Source: a bacterium (lineage in GTDB: Bacteria > UBA8248). Taken from it: 64,000 nt of DNA. The notes under the pieces were generated by a model. That model did no database searches. It was not told where the DNA came from and saw only the letters and a list, made by a program, of their open reading frames with translations. The stretch is taken from NCBI GenBank assembly GCA_963692865.2, contig OY843592.1:1728001-1792000 (forward strand). The letters run 5' to 3'. The position numbers and the translations under genes were made by a program. This document shows positions 1 to 8,723 of the stretch, one piece after another. Positions within the stretch are counted from its first letter, which is position 1, and each line of letters begins with the position of its first letter.

Positions 1-53
1 ATATTCGGTGAAGCAGTTGCGCTCCAAATCCCGCCGCCGGGACGGAGTTCTCC

Positions 54-503
54 TTGATCACATACATCGACGAAATCGACCGCCGCATCTCTGGCTGGAT
101 GAACCGCTACGGCCGATTATTCTTGCGAATATCGCTCGCCGTCGTCTTCATCTGGTTCGGTATCCTGAAACCCTTGGGCTTGAGCGCCGCGGCGGAACTC
201 GTTCGCCGCACGGTCTACTGGCTGCCGCCCGATTTCTTCATCCCCCTGCTCGGCTGGTGGGAGGTGGCGATAGGGGTGGGGCTGCTCTTCCGCCCGCTCA
301 TCCGCGTCGCGCTTTTCCTGCTCTTCCTGCAGATGCCGGGGACGGTTCTGCCGCTCTTCCTGCTGCCCGAGGTCTGCTTCACGCAGGTTCCCTTCGCCCC
401 CACGCTCGAGGGGCAATACATCATCAAGAACCTCATCCTGCTGAGCGCGGCCATCGCCGTGGGCGGCACGGTGCGGGAGGAGGACGCGGGTCCGCGCATC
501 TGA
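54..503 (+). CDS. DoxX-like membrane protein
   Basis: 149 aa, four hydrophobic segments, motifs LRISLAVVFIWFGILK and EGQYIIKNL; GGAG upstream of TTG start. Confidence 0.7.
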   Translation: MITYIDEIDRRISGWMNRYGRLFLRISLAVVFIWFGILKPLGLSAAAELVRRTVYWLPPDFFIPLLGWWEVAIGVGLLFRPLIRVALFLLFLQMPGTVLPLFLLPEVCFTQVPFAPTLEGQYIIKNLILLSAAIAVGGTVREEDAGPRI

Positions 504-509
504 TGTTTC

Positions 510-862
510 CGTGGCGGTAGTTTTGTAGGGACAGGCCTCCGTGCCTGTCCTGATCTCGTTCGCAAACAAGGGACAACCACAGGGGGTTGTCCCTACAGGT
601 CATACAGGCAGTGTGGGGAAATTTTTGGTCTGTCGGGGTGTTTTTTGTCGTCATTCCGGTATGAGCCCGAAAGCGAACTGGTGGGAGTTTTTGAAAAATC
701 CCGAAAAGGGAAAGTTCACCGTCATTCCGGCGAAAGCCGGAATCCATTTTTACGCTTTTTGCCTTTCATCGGGATTCTCGCGCATCGGTGGAGGAATGAA
801 ACGCCGCCGTTCATTCACCCGCACCCGCAAAATGGATTCCGGCTCAAGGCCGGAATGACGAG
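510..862. repeat. Mosaic palindromic repeat cluster (family B hairpins plus family A doublet 720-860)
   Basis: GTAGGGACAGGC..GCCTGTCC and GGGACAACC..GGTTGTCCCTAC hairpins; CGTCATTCCGGCGAAAGCCGGAATCCA ... TGGATTCCGGC..GCCGGAATGACG, similar to 34353-34489. Confidence 0.9.
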
Positions 863-968
863 CAAAGGCAATATCACTCTTCTTCAAAGGAGAAGTAATC
901 CCGAAACCCGTGTTCCCCGTCTTCGATCCTCGCTTGCCCTATGATCTGGCGCTGGGACGATGGAACAC

Positions 969-997
969 TTGTAACATCCGGCAATTTGCCGTACGTT
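969..997 (+). promoter_or_regulatory. Putative promoter/operator of the DUF1778-GNAT TA operon
   Basis: TTGTAA (969-974), 17-bp spacer containing inverted repeat CGGCAA-T-TTGCCG (979-991), then TACGTT. Confidence 0.5.
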
Positions 998-1022
998 GTA
1001 CAAGAACGAAGGAGACAAGACC

Positions 1023-1334
1023 ATGCTGAACTTCCATGACCATGCCGCCGCCATCGACGAGCCGAAGACGGCGCGCATGGAACAGCGAACCAAACCGCAC
1101 GTCAAGGCGCAGATTCAGCAGGCGGCGGCCCTGCTCGGCGTCGACGAGACGACTTTCGTGACCAGCGCGGCGCTGGAGCGCGCCCGGCTCGCGATTGCCG
1201 ACCATGAGCGCACGCTCCTCTCTGCGGAGGACCGCGCCGTGGTCCTCGCCGCCCTCGATGCGCCGGCAGAGCCGACCGAGGCGTTGCGTGAGGCGATGGC
1301 TCTGCACGAAGCGCGGGTGGCGCGTGGCGGCTGA
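1023..1334 (+). CDS. DUF1778 family (TacA/AtaR-like) antitoxin
   Basis: KTARMEQRT...IQQAAALLG..T.FV...A, LS.ED...LD.P.EP..AL pattern; directly upstream of a GNAT gene. Confidence 0.85.
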   Translation: MLNFHDHAAAIDEPKTARMEQRTKPHVKAQIQQAAALLGVDETTFVTSAALERARLAIADHERTLLSAEDRAVVLAALDAPAEPTEALREAMALHEARVARGG

Positions 1335-1878
1335 GGCGACACCAAATTCACAAAAGATATCCATCGAGCCGCTCGACCCGAAGAGACACGATCGGGCGAT
1401 TTTCTCCTGCGGAACCGTCAGGCTCGACAATTTTCTCAAGCGCACAGCCAGGAAACACCAGGGGGGAGACTTCTCGCGGGTCTGGGTGGCGACCGAAGGC
1501 GACCGCGCTGAAATTCTCGGGTTTTATGCGCTGAACGCCCATTCGCTAGAAGGCGACGACCTCCCGGCGAATCTCACGAGAAACGCGCCCCGCTCCGGCG
1601 GTATCCCCGCCGTCTATCTTTCGATGATTGCAGTAGACCGCCGCTATCAAGGCCAAGGCTTAGGACGCATACTTCTCGCGGACGCTTTGAAGCATGCGGT
1701 GGCCGCCGCCGATCAGATCGGTCTCAAGGCCGTGGGGCTCGACGTGATCGAAGACGGCGGCCCCGAGGCCGCGGAAAAACGCCGTGCCTTCTACGCCGCC
1801 ATGGGGTTTCAGCCGTTGCCGTCGCGCCCGCTGCGAATGTTCATCTCCATCGAGACGGTTCGCAAGACACTGGTCTGA
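1324..1878 (+). CDS. GNAT family toxin (TacT/AtaT-like acetyltransferase)
   Basis: HDR..FSCG...LD.FLK, IAVDRRYQGQGLG acetyl-CoA motif; GTG start at 1324 overlapping the antitoxin is inferred. Confidence 0.85.
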   Translation: MAAEATPNSQKISIEPLDPKRHDRAIFSCGTVRLDNFLKRTARKHQGGDFSRVWVATEGDRAEILGFYALNAHSLEGDDLPANLTRNAPRSGGIPAVYLSMIAVDRRYQGQGLGRILLADALKHAVAAADQIGLKAVGLDVIEDGGPEAAEKRRAFYAAMGFQPLPSRPLRMFISIETVRKTLV

Positions 1879-1936
1879 AGGGCGTTGTAGGCGGGTGGGT
1901 CTGGCGCGTCTGTTCTCCAGACCTTAAAGTGCCCCC

Positions 1937-2794
1937 ATGACTTTCCTCGCTCTCTCGCTGGTGCTGACCGCCGCTTTTTGTCACGCCACCTGGAACCTGC
2001 TGGTCAAGCGCATCAATGGCGGGCCGGAACTCGTCTGGCTGTTTTCCGTTTTCTCGGTCCTGATCTACCTGCCGGTCGTGGCGGGCGTTTATCTGGTGGA
2101 ACGCCCCCCCATGGAGTGGCGCGAGATCGGGTTCTACGTCGGCAGCGCCGCACTGCACATGGCCTATTTCCTGCTCCTCCAGCAGGGCTACCGCAGGGGC
2201 GATCTGTCCCTGGTCTACCCGGTGGCGCGTGCTACCGGACCGTTCCTCTCGACCCTGTTCGCCGTCTCCGTTCTGGGAGAGAATCTGACGGTCCAGATCG
2301 CGGCCGGCGGCCTGGCGATCATCGTCGGCATCGTGTTCCTGACCGGCGGCTTCGACTGGACCTCCACGCGGCGCGTGAGTTCGCTTTTGTTCGGAGTTTC
2401 CACCGGCGTGCTCATCGGCAGCTATACGGTCTGGGACGCCTATGCGGTCAGCGCGCTCGCCATCCCGCCGCTGCTGCTCGACTACGGGTCGATGCTTGCG
2501 CGCGCCTTGTTCCTGGCGCCCTACGCCGTAACGCGCAGGAAGGCCGTCGCGGAGCACTGGCGCGAACACAAGCTCGCCGTGCTCGGAATCGCCGTGTTCA
2601 CCCCGCTTGCGTATATCCTGGTGCTGACGGCGCTCGTCTTCACGCCGATCGTCTACGTCGCGCCGGGGCGTGAGGTCAGCGTCCTGATAACGGTGGCGAT
2701 GGGGTCGATCCTGCTGGGCGAGGGCGAGTTGCGCAGGCGCATGGGATGGGCCTGTCTGATCCTCCTGGGCATGGTGATGCTGGCGCTGGGCTAG
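1937..2794 (+). CDS. EamA/DMT family transporter
   Basis: About 10 TM segments, AAFCHATWN, GDLSLVYPVAR, RE.SV motifs. Confidence 0.9.
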   Translation: MTFLALSLVLTAAFCHATWNLLVKRINGGPELVWLFSVFSVLIYLPVVAGVYLVERPPMEWREIGFYVGSAALHMAYFLLLQQGYRRGDLSLVYPVARATGPFLSTLFAVSVLGENLTVQIAAGGLAIIVGIVFLTGGFDWTSTRRVSSLLFGVSTGVLIGSYTVWDAYAVSALAIPPLLLDYGSMLARALFLAPYAVTRRKAVAEHWREHKLAVLGIAVFTPLAYILVLTALVFTPIVYVAPGREVSVLITVAMGSILLGEGELRRRMGWACLILLGMVMLALG

Positions 2795-2910
2795 CGGCGG
2801 ACGGTGCATTCTGTCACTTGAGGGGGCTTTCTATCGTTGCCGTCTCGTCCGCTGAGAATGTACATCAGTATCGACACGATTCGCTTGGCGATGGTCTGAC
2901 GTGTAACTCA

Positions 2911-3125
2911 TGGCGGTAGTATTTTGTAGGGACAGGCCCCCGTGCTTGTCCTAATCTCGTCTATAAACAAGGGACAACCACGGGGGGCAGGACAACCCGG
3001 AAGGGTTGTCCCTACGTTTTTAATTTGGAACAGTTTGGTAGGTTGGACATATATGTCCGACATACATGCGACCCTGCCTTTTTCCGCCCTCCGGCCACGG
3101 GCCGCATGTATGCGGCCCCCACAGT
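2911..3125. repeat. Mosaic repeat cluster (family B)
   Basis: First ~100 nt similar to 510-600; GGACATATATGTCC and GGGCCGCATGTATGCGGCCC palindromes. Confidence 0.85.
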
Positions 3126-3301
3126 CGAATTGGCTATTAAAAAAGATATAAGGGTGAACGCGCAGGCTATGCATCTCCGCTTATTGAGCCATACCGCTCT
3201 GCTTGCGTCTCAGGATTCCCAAGCCGCTGGCCGGCGCGATAAAAGATGCTATAGTGGCCCCTCTTGAATTCACATCATCATCCCTCATGCAGGAGCGAAC
3301 C

Positions 3302-3694
3302 ATGAGCGAGCCGCAAATCAGTGCGCAGGACGTCCTGAACGCCAGCGCGGGCTGCCTCCAGAAGCAGATGTACGTCTACTTCACGAAACCGGCGAACGGC
3401 CTGGGGCCCGTGATGGAGAATCTCGAAGAGCACCTGAAGTTTCAGGTCGAAATCGAGCAGAAGGGGATCATGTTCGGCGCGGGGCCTTTCTGGACCGACG
3501 ACGAGCAGCGCTGGGAGGGGGAGGGGATGATCATCATCCGCGCCGAATCCCTGGCGGAGGCGAGAAAGATCGCCGAATCCGACCCCATGCACGCGAGCGG
3601 CGCGCGCACGTTCACCATACGCCCCTGGCTGATGAACGAGGGCATGGTCACGATGAAGGTGACCTACTCAGACGGCGGGCGGGAAATCATATGA
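3302..3694 (+). CDS. YciI family protein
   Basis: EHL.FQ...E..G..FGAGP, GM.IIRA.S..EA..IA.SDPMH; AGGAG upstream. Confidence 0.85.
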   Translation: MSEPQISAQDVLNASAGCLQKQMYVYFTKPANGLGPVMENLEEHLKFQVEIEQKGIMFGAGPFWTDDEQRWEGEGMIIIRAESLAEARKIAESDPMHASGARTFTIRPWLMNEGMVTMKVTYSDGGREII

Positions 3695-4551
3695 ACTGGA
3701 CGCCGAGACGAGAGAGATTCCGCGTCCTGCTCTCGGGCGCCAGATGCGTGCACCCCGGTTCGGTCTACGACCCCCTCACCGCGCGCATGGCGGAAGACTT
3801 GGGCTTCGAGGTCGGGATGTTCGCAGGCTCAACCGCCTCGCTCACCGTGCTGGGTGCGCCCGACATCATCCTGCTCACCTTGACGGAGTTCGCCGCCCAG
3901 GCGCTGCGCATCAACCGCGCGACCGGGATGCCTCTGCTGGTGGATGCGGACCACGGCTACGGCAACGCGCTGAACGTGAAGAGGACGGTCGAGGAACTCG
4001 AAACAGCGGGCGTGGCGGGCCTCTCGATAGAGGACACGATACTTCCGCAACCCTTCGGTGCGGATGGCGCGCAGCTCACTTCGATTGAAGAGGGCGCCGG
4101 CAAGATGCGCGCGGCCCTCGAAGGACGCCAGGACCCGAGTCTGGTGATAGCGGGCCGGACGAGCGCGCCACGCGTCACGAGTACCGAAGACGCCATCGCG
4201 CGGGTTACGGCCTATGAAGCGGCGGGGGTGGACGCCATCTTCCTGGTGGGCGTCCAGAGCCGCGCGCAGCTCGAAGCCATCGCGGCTGCGGTGAACCTTC
4301 CCATCATCCTGGGCGGGAGCGCGAAGGAGGTGCGGGGGCTGGAATATCTCGCCGGCCAGCGCGTTCGCGTCGCGCTCCAGGGCCACCAGCCCATCATGGC
4401 GGCGGCGGGGGCGGCCTATTCCGCGCTGAAGGCGCTCAAAGACGGCGCGCAGCCCGAAGAGCTGGAGAACGTCCCGGCCGGCGATTTCATGAAAAAATAC
4501 ATGAACGACGCGGACTACCGGCGGCAGATAAGCGCGTTTCTCGATGAGTGA
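3691..4551 (+). CDS. Isocitrate lyase/PEP mutase family (oxaloacetate decarboxylase-like)
   Basis: SVYDPL, GAPD, VDADHGYGNALNV, IEDT motifs. Confidence 0.85.
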   Translation: MNWTPRRERFRVLLSGARCVHPGSVYDPLTARMAEDLGFEVGMFAGSTASLTVLGAPDIILLTLTEFAAQALRINRATGMPLLVDADHGYGNALNVKRTVEELETAGVAGLSIEDTILPQPFGADGAQLTSIEEGAGKMRAALEGRQDPSLVIAGRTSAPRVTSTEDAIARVTAYEAAGVDAIFLVGVQSRAQLEAIAAAVNLPIILGGSAKEVRGLEYLAGQRVRVALQGHQPIMAAAGAAYSALKALKDGAQPEELENVPAGDFMKKYMNDADYRRQISAFLDE

Positions 4552-4600
4552 GGTTCGTATACGTAGATATGTCCGACTTGCGGGTTTTTTCCACCCCTCT

Positions 4601-4639
4601 CTCATCCCGAGTAGGCCCGAAGGGCCGTATCGAGGGACG
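4601..4639 (+). repeat. Family D repeat upstream of the GIY-YIG gene
   Basis: CTCATCCCGAGTAGGCCCGAAGGGCCGTATCGAGGGACG; ends 2 nt before the ATG; near-identical copy at 5158-5198. Confidence 0.9.
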
Positions 4640-4641
4640 CC

Positions 4642-4953
4642 ATGACGCCGCAAGAGCCGGCCACATATGTTTATATGCTGCGCTGCGCCGACGGCAGCTT
4701 CTACACCGGCGTTACCCGGCGGCCGCTCGAAGAGCGCGTCGGCGAGCACAACAGTGGCGCACTCGGGGGCTATACGCTCAGCAGAAGGCGGGTCGAGCTC
4801 GTCTGGTGTGAGGAGTTTCGCCTGGCGAGCGACGCCGTCGCGGCGGAGCGCCGGATCAAGAGCTGGTCGCGCCGCAAGAAACGCGCCCTGATCGCGGGGG
4901 ACTGGCCCCGGCTGAGGCAGGCGGCGAAGAAGGATTTCAAGCGGAAAGGGTGA
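4642..4953 (+). CDS. GIY-YIG nuclease family protein (YhbQ/UPF0213-like)
   Basis: YVYMLRCADGSFYTGVT, R..EHN.G, YT..RR.VELVW.E, E..IK.WSR.KK.ALI. Confidence 0.92.
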   Translation: MTPQEPATYVYMLRCADGSFYTGVTRRPLEERVGEHNSGALGGYTLSRRRVELVWCEEFRLASDAVAAERRIKSWSRRKKRALIAGDWPRLRQAAKKDFKRKG

Positions 4954-4983
4954 GGGAAGGTATCTAATGCGAAAACAATAGCT

Positions 4984-5222
4984 TCGTCCCGAGTAGACCC
5001 TTCGATACGCGGCTTCGCCGCTACTCAGGGTGAGGCAGGGTTTGGGTGGCGGCTACTCAGGGTGAAATGTTGGGTGAGGATAGGGTGTTGAAAAAATCGG
5101 GCCATGAAAATATCACACCCTCATCCCGAGTAGGCAGATTGGGAGGAGGAAAAACTCCTCATCCCGAGTAGACCCCGAAGGGGCCGTATCGAGGGACGCC
5201 CTTCGACAATCTTATCCCGAGT
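4984..5222. repeat. Family D repeat cluster downstream of GIY-YIG
   Basis: Inverted copy 4998-5035 (CCCTTCGATACGCGGCTTCGCCGCTACTCAGGGTGAGG), partial copies at 4984, 5051 and 5119, full direct copy 5158-5198, family-E motif at 5083. Confidence 0.9.
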
Positions 5223-5320
5223 TCCTAGGGGCTGCTCAGAGTGAAAGGTAGACGCCGGGCGCGGGGAGAGCGTTGCGCGACACCGCGCGCGCATTGACTC
5301 TCCCAACTGGAGGAGCGCTC

Positions 5321-5554
5321 ATGAGGGTGAAATACACAGTCGTTATCGAGAAATCGCCTGACAACTACGCGGCCTATGTTCCCGACCTGCCGGGCTGCGT
5401 CGCGACGGGCCGCACCCGGGAGGATACGCTGGCGGAGATACGCGAAGCCATCGAACTGCATCTCGAAAGCCTGTGCGAGTATGGCGAGCCTGCGCCACAG
5501 CCTCAAGCGACCGCCGACACCGTGGAAGTGGCGGCGGCAGGAACGTCTGGATAA
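5321..5554 (+). CDS. hicB: HicB family antitoxin (short, orphan)
   Basis: Y.VVIEK...NY.AYVPDLPGC.ATG.T.E.....IREAI..HLE; GGAGGA RBS. Confidence 0.85.
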   Translation: MRVKYTVVIEKSPDNYAAYVPDLPGCVATGRTREDTLAEIREAIELHLESLCEYGEPAPQPQATADTVEVAAAGTSG

Positions 5555-5769
5555 CGAATCGGCTCCATCTCCCGCCGAGGCGCAGGAAGATGACATTGAA
5601 CCGTATCGAGAACCTCTCCTGAGCACCTCGAAGTAATCTGCCCCGAGCACTTGGAAGAAGCCTGTTCCGAGCCCCCGCGCGAAATGCCGATCTGATGTGA
5701 CGAAAAGCCTTCTCAGGCGATATACTGGCGTCTCAATCAGGGTAACCGTATCGACCCGGGGAGGGCCTC

Positions 5770-6912
5770 ATGGCCATAGAGCTTGCTTGGTACATGTCGT
5801 GCGACGGCGACAGCGCCTACATCGGCCAGAAGTTCGCCGAACACCCCCCGAGCTATGAGACATTCACCCGCATCGCGCAAAACGCGGAGCGCAGCGGCTT
5901 CACGACCATCCTGGTGCCGACGTCGCAGGTGAGCGGCCACTACGGGCCGCAGGCCCCGACGTGGGACAGCATGGTGAACGCCGCGGTGGTCGGCCCGGCG
6001 ACGAAGACGATCAAGCTGCTGCTCGCCGTTCGGGTGGGAATCATCGACCCGGCCATCTGCGCGCGGATGATGGCCTCGCTCGACGAACTCACGGGCGGGC
6101 GGGTGCTCTACAACATCGTGACGGGCGGCGGCGCGCTCGCGAGCTACGGCGAAACGCTGGACCACGACACGCGCTATGAGCGCACGGATGAGTTTCTGGA
6201 AATCCTGGAGGGCCTCTGGACGAAGGAAAAATACTCCTTCGAGGGCAGGTTCTACAATTTGCAAGACGCCACCGTCTATCCCCGGCCCGTGCAGAAGCCG
6301 AGGATCCCCTTCTTCATGGCCGGGGCGTCCGATATCGCGCAGGACATCGCCATCCGGCGGGCGGAGTATTCGGTCTTCTGGGGGGAGACGCCCGAGCAGG
6401 TGGCCGAGCGCGTGCGGCACATGAACGAGAAATGCGAGCGCGCGGGAAGGACGCGCCCGCTCAAGTACGTGACGCGCTTTCAGATCTTCGCGCGCGAGAC
6501 GGAAAACCAAGCCTTCGAGGCGGCCGAGGAGGTCATGAGCCAGGTAGACCCCGAGGTGCTGGCGCACCGCGGAAAGGTCATCTCCTCGTTCGAGAGCAAG
6601 GGCACGAAGGATCAGCAGGCCCGCACGCGCGAGGAGATGGTGGGTCCCAACCTGTGGGCGGGCATGGGCCGGATTCGCTCGGGCTCCGCCGTCGCCATCG
6701 TGGGTTCCTATGAGCAGTGCGCGCGGAAGATCATCGAGATCGAACGGGCGGGCATCGATTTGCTGATACTCTCGGGCTTCCCCCTGCACGAGGAATGCCA
6801 AACCGTGGGCAGGCACGTGATTCCCCTCGTGCGCGAGATGGAGCGGGAAATGGGTCTCGTGCACGAGGAGGATGAGGCGTTCCTGTCCCTGAGCCAGGGG
6901 GTCTCCGTCTAG
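5770..6912 (+). CDS. LLM class flavin-dependent monooxygenase (SsuD-like)
   Basis: AE..GF..ILVPT, LLAVR.G, GR..NIVTGG, PRPVQ.P, NLWAG.G..R.G...A.VGS. Confidence 0.88.
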   Translation: MAIELAWYMSCDGDSAYIGQKFAEHPPSYETFTRIAQNAERSGFTTILVPTSQVSGHYGPQAPTWDSMVNAAVVGPATKTIKLLLAVRVGIIDPAICARMMASLDELTGGRVLYNIVTGGGALASYGETLDHDTRYERTDEFLEILEGLWTKEKYSFEGRFYNLQDATVYPRPVQKPRIPFFMAGASDIAQDIAIRRAEYSVFWGETPEQVAERVRHMNEKCERAGRTRPLKYVTRFQIFARETENQAFEAAEEVMSQVDPEVLAHRGKVISSFESKGTKDQQARTREEMVGPNLWAGMGRIRSGSAVAIVGSYEQCARKIIEIERAGIDLLILSGFPLHEECQTVGRHVIPLVREMEREMGLVHEEDEAFLSLSQGVSV

Positions 6913-6992
6913 TTTTCAGGAATTTCAAAAATACGGGCAGGCTTGGAACAAAGTCCGTTCTCCTTTCGGTTGTCAATCAACGGAGGTGGAAC

Positions 6993-7487
6993 ATGCGCAA
7001 AATAATTTTTGTATCAATTCTATCTGTTCTGTTTGCCGGGGGAACGGCAAAAGCCAACGACCTCGAATATGCGAAGCGTAGCACTAATCTAGGGCTACAA
7101 ATGGCATACGATCAATTAATACTTTCCCACGGCATCATTACAACATTATGCGCACAAAAACACGTGGCTACGTGCGACTTCTTTACCAAAGGCAAATACA
7201 TGCCTACTGCAATAGATGCACATTGGAAAGAATTGAAAGCATTAGAAAAGCTTAACACAAAACGGATATCCGGTACGGTGACGGCGGGCAAACGAAACCG
7301 GCGCAAAGTAGATTATGCCAAATGCCGCCTGAAAGCCATGCGAAACGTGCGCGGGAACAGAGGCGGCATCATAACTGGGCAATGGTATAAAGATGATTTG
7401 AACGAATTTACTCGGCTATGCATGGAAGCCAAGGGGTATACCTACGCCCCCAAAGAAGTAGTAAAGAAGCCAGAAGATTCCGAATAA
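6993..7487 (+). CDS. Hypothetical secreted protein, AT-rich relative to neighbours
   Basis: GGAGG RBS, N-terminal signal peptide ending AKA, C..C..CMEAKGY motif. Confidence 0.65.
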   Translation: MRKIIFVSILSVLFAGGTAKANDLEYAKRSTNLGLQMAYDQLILSHGIITTLCAQKHVATCDFFTKGKYMPTAIDAHWKELKALEKLNTKRISGTVTAGKRNRRKVDYAKCRLKAMRNVRGNRGGIITGQWYKDDLNEFTRLCMEAKGYTYAPKEVVKKPEDSE

Positions 7488-7534
7488 CTCAAACTAAGGC
7501 ACTACCCTCCTTTCACCGATGAGGACGAAACTAC

Positions 7535-8710
7535 ATGAACTTTGACTTGAACGAAGAACAGAAGGCATGGCGCGATAAGGCGAGAAAATTCGCGGAAGAA
7601 GAAGTCGCGCCCATATCCCTCGAGCGGGACATGATTCCCGATCCGCGCGAGACCTTCGACTGGGAGATCATCAGGAAAGGCTCCAGGCTCGGTTTCCGCA
7701 CCGCCGTCGTGCCGAAAGAGCGCGGGGGCCACGGGATCGATTTCGTCACCCAGGCGCTGGTGATGGAGGAAATCGCGCGCGGCGACAGCGCGATCTCCAA
7801 GACCTTCAGCCAGTGCTGGAAGTGGAGCCACCTGATAGCCGCCTCCTGCACGGATGATCAGAAGGACAGGTTCCTGAAGCCGTTTCTCGAAGACGACACT
7901 TATCTCCTCGGCAAGGGCGGAACCGAGGAGACGGCTGGTTCCGACAACCGCATGCCCTCGGACGACCCCCGGACGGGCTGGAAGCTCCAGGCGGTGCGCG
8001 ACGGCGACGAATGGGTGCTGAACGGGCGCAAGCGCTACATCGCCAACGGGAGCGTGGGGAAGCTCTTTTTCATCGACGGCAGAACCGACCCCGACGTCCC
8101 CATCACGCAGGGCACCACGCTCTTCCTGGTGCCGGCGGATACGCCGGGGTTCCGGGTGGGGAAGGTGTACGACAAGATCGGCTGGCGCTTTTACCAGAAC
8201 GCCGAGCTCATCTTCGAGGACGCCCGCGTGCCGCACGCCAACGTGGTGGGCGAGGTGAACCGGGGCATTCAGGCGCGAAAGGGCGATACGTCGGAATTCG
8301 GCGATCTCGAACTCTCCGCCAACGGGCTGGGCGTGTGCCAGGCGGCGGTCGACATGGCGATGCGCCAGGCCAGAACGCGCTGGCAGGGCGGCAAATACAT
8401 CATCGAGCACCAGGCCATACAGCTCAAACTCGCCGAGATGCACATGCTCACCGAGGCGCTTCGCTCCTACGTCATGCGCACGGCCTGCGACCTCGCAAAG
8501 GGCGCCGACCGCGAGATGAAGCACAACATCCTGCTCATGAACTTCGCGACGGACGTCATCCAGCGCGTCACCCACCTCTGCATGGACATCCACGGGGGCG
8601 CGGGCGTCATGAAGGACGTGGGCGTGGAAAAACTCGTCCGCGACGCGATCGTCTGGACGCATCTCGCCGGCGACGCCGTACAGCGCATCAAGGTCATCAA
8701 GCACCTTTAG
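7535..8710 (+). CDS. Acyl-CoA dehydrogenase family protein
   Basis: TE..AGSD, WVLNGRKRYIANG, Q.IQ.KLA.M, IHGG.G....VEK..RD. Confidence 0.92.
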   Translation: MNFDLNEEQKAWRDKARKFAEEEVAPISLERDMIPDPRETFDWEIIRKGSRLGFRTAVVPKERGGHGIDFVTQALVMEEIARGDSAISKTFSQCWKWSHLIAASCTDDQKDRFLKPFLEDDTYLLGKGGTEETAGSDNRMPSDDPRTGWKLQAVRDGDEWVLNGRKRYIANGSVGKLFFIDGRTDPDVPITQGTTLFLVPADTPGFRVGKVYDKIGWRFYQNAELIFEDARVPHANVVGEVNRGIQARKGDTSEFGDLELSANGLGVCQAAVDMAMRQARTRWQGGKYIIEHQAIQLKLAEMHMLTEALRSYVMRTACDLAKGADREMKHNILLMNFATDVIQRVTHLCMDIHGGAGVMKDVGVEKLVRDAIVWTHLAGDAVQRIKVIKHL

Positions 8711-8723
8711 GCTGAGGGATTTC

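Noticed and set aside
433-944. ORFs containing VIPAKAGI / MDSGFRRND (also near 11600, 14700, 28100, 34300, 45100, 61100)
   Set aside because: These are translations of family A palindromes, not genes.
4984-5222. Possible CRISPR array
   Set aside because: Copies are in mixed orientation, of unequal length and irregularly spaced; no cas genes; no regular repeat-spacer array was seen anywhere in the window.
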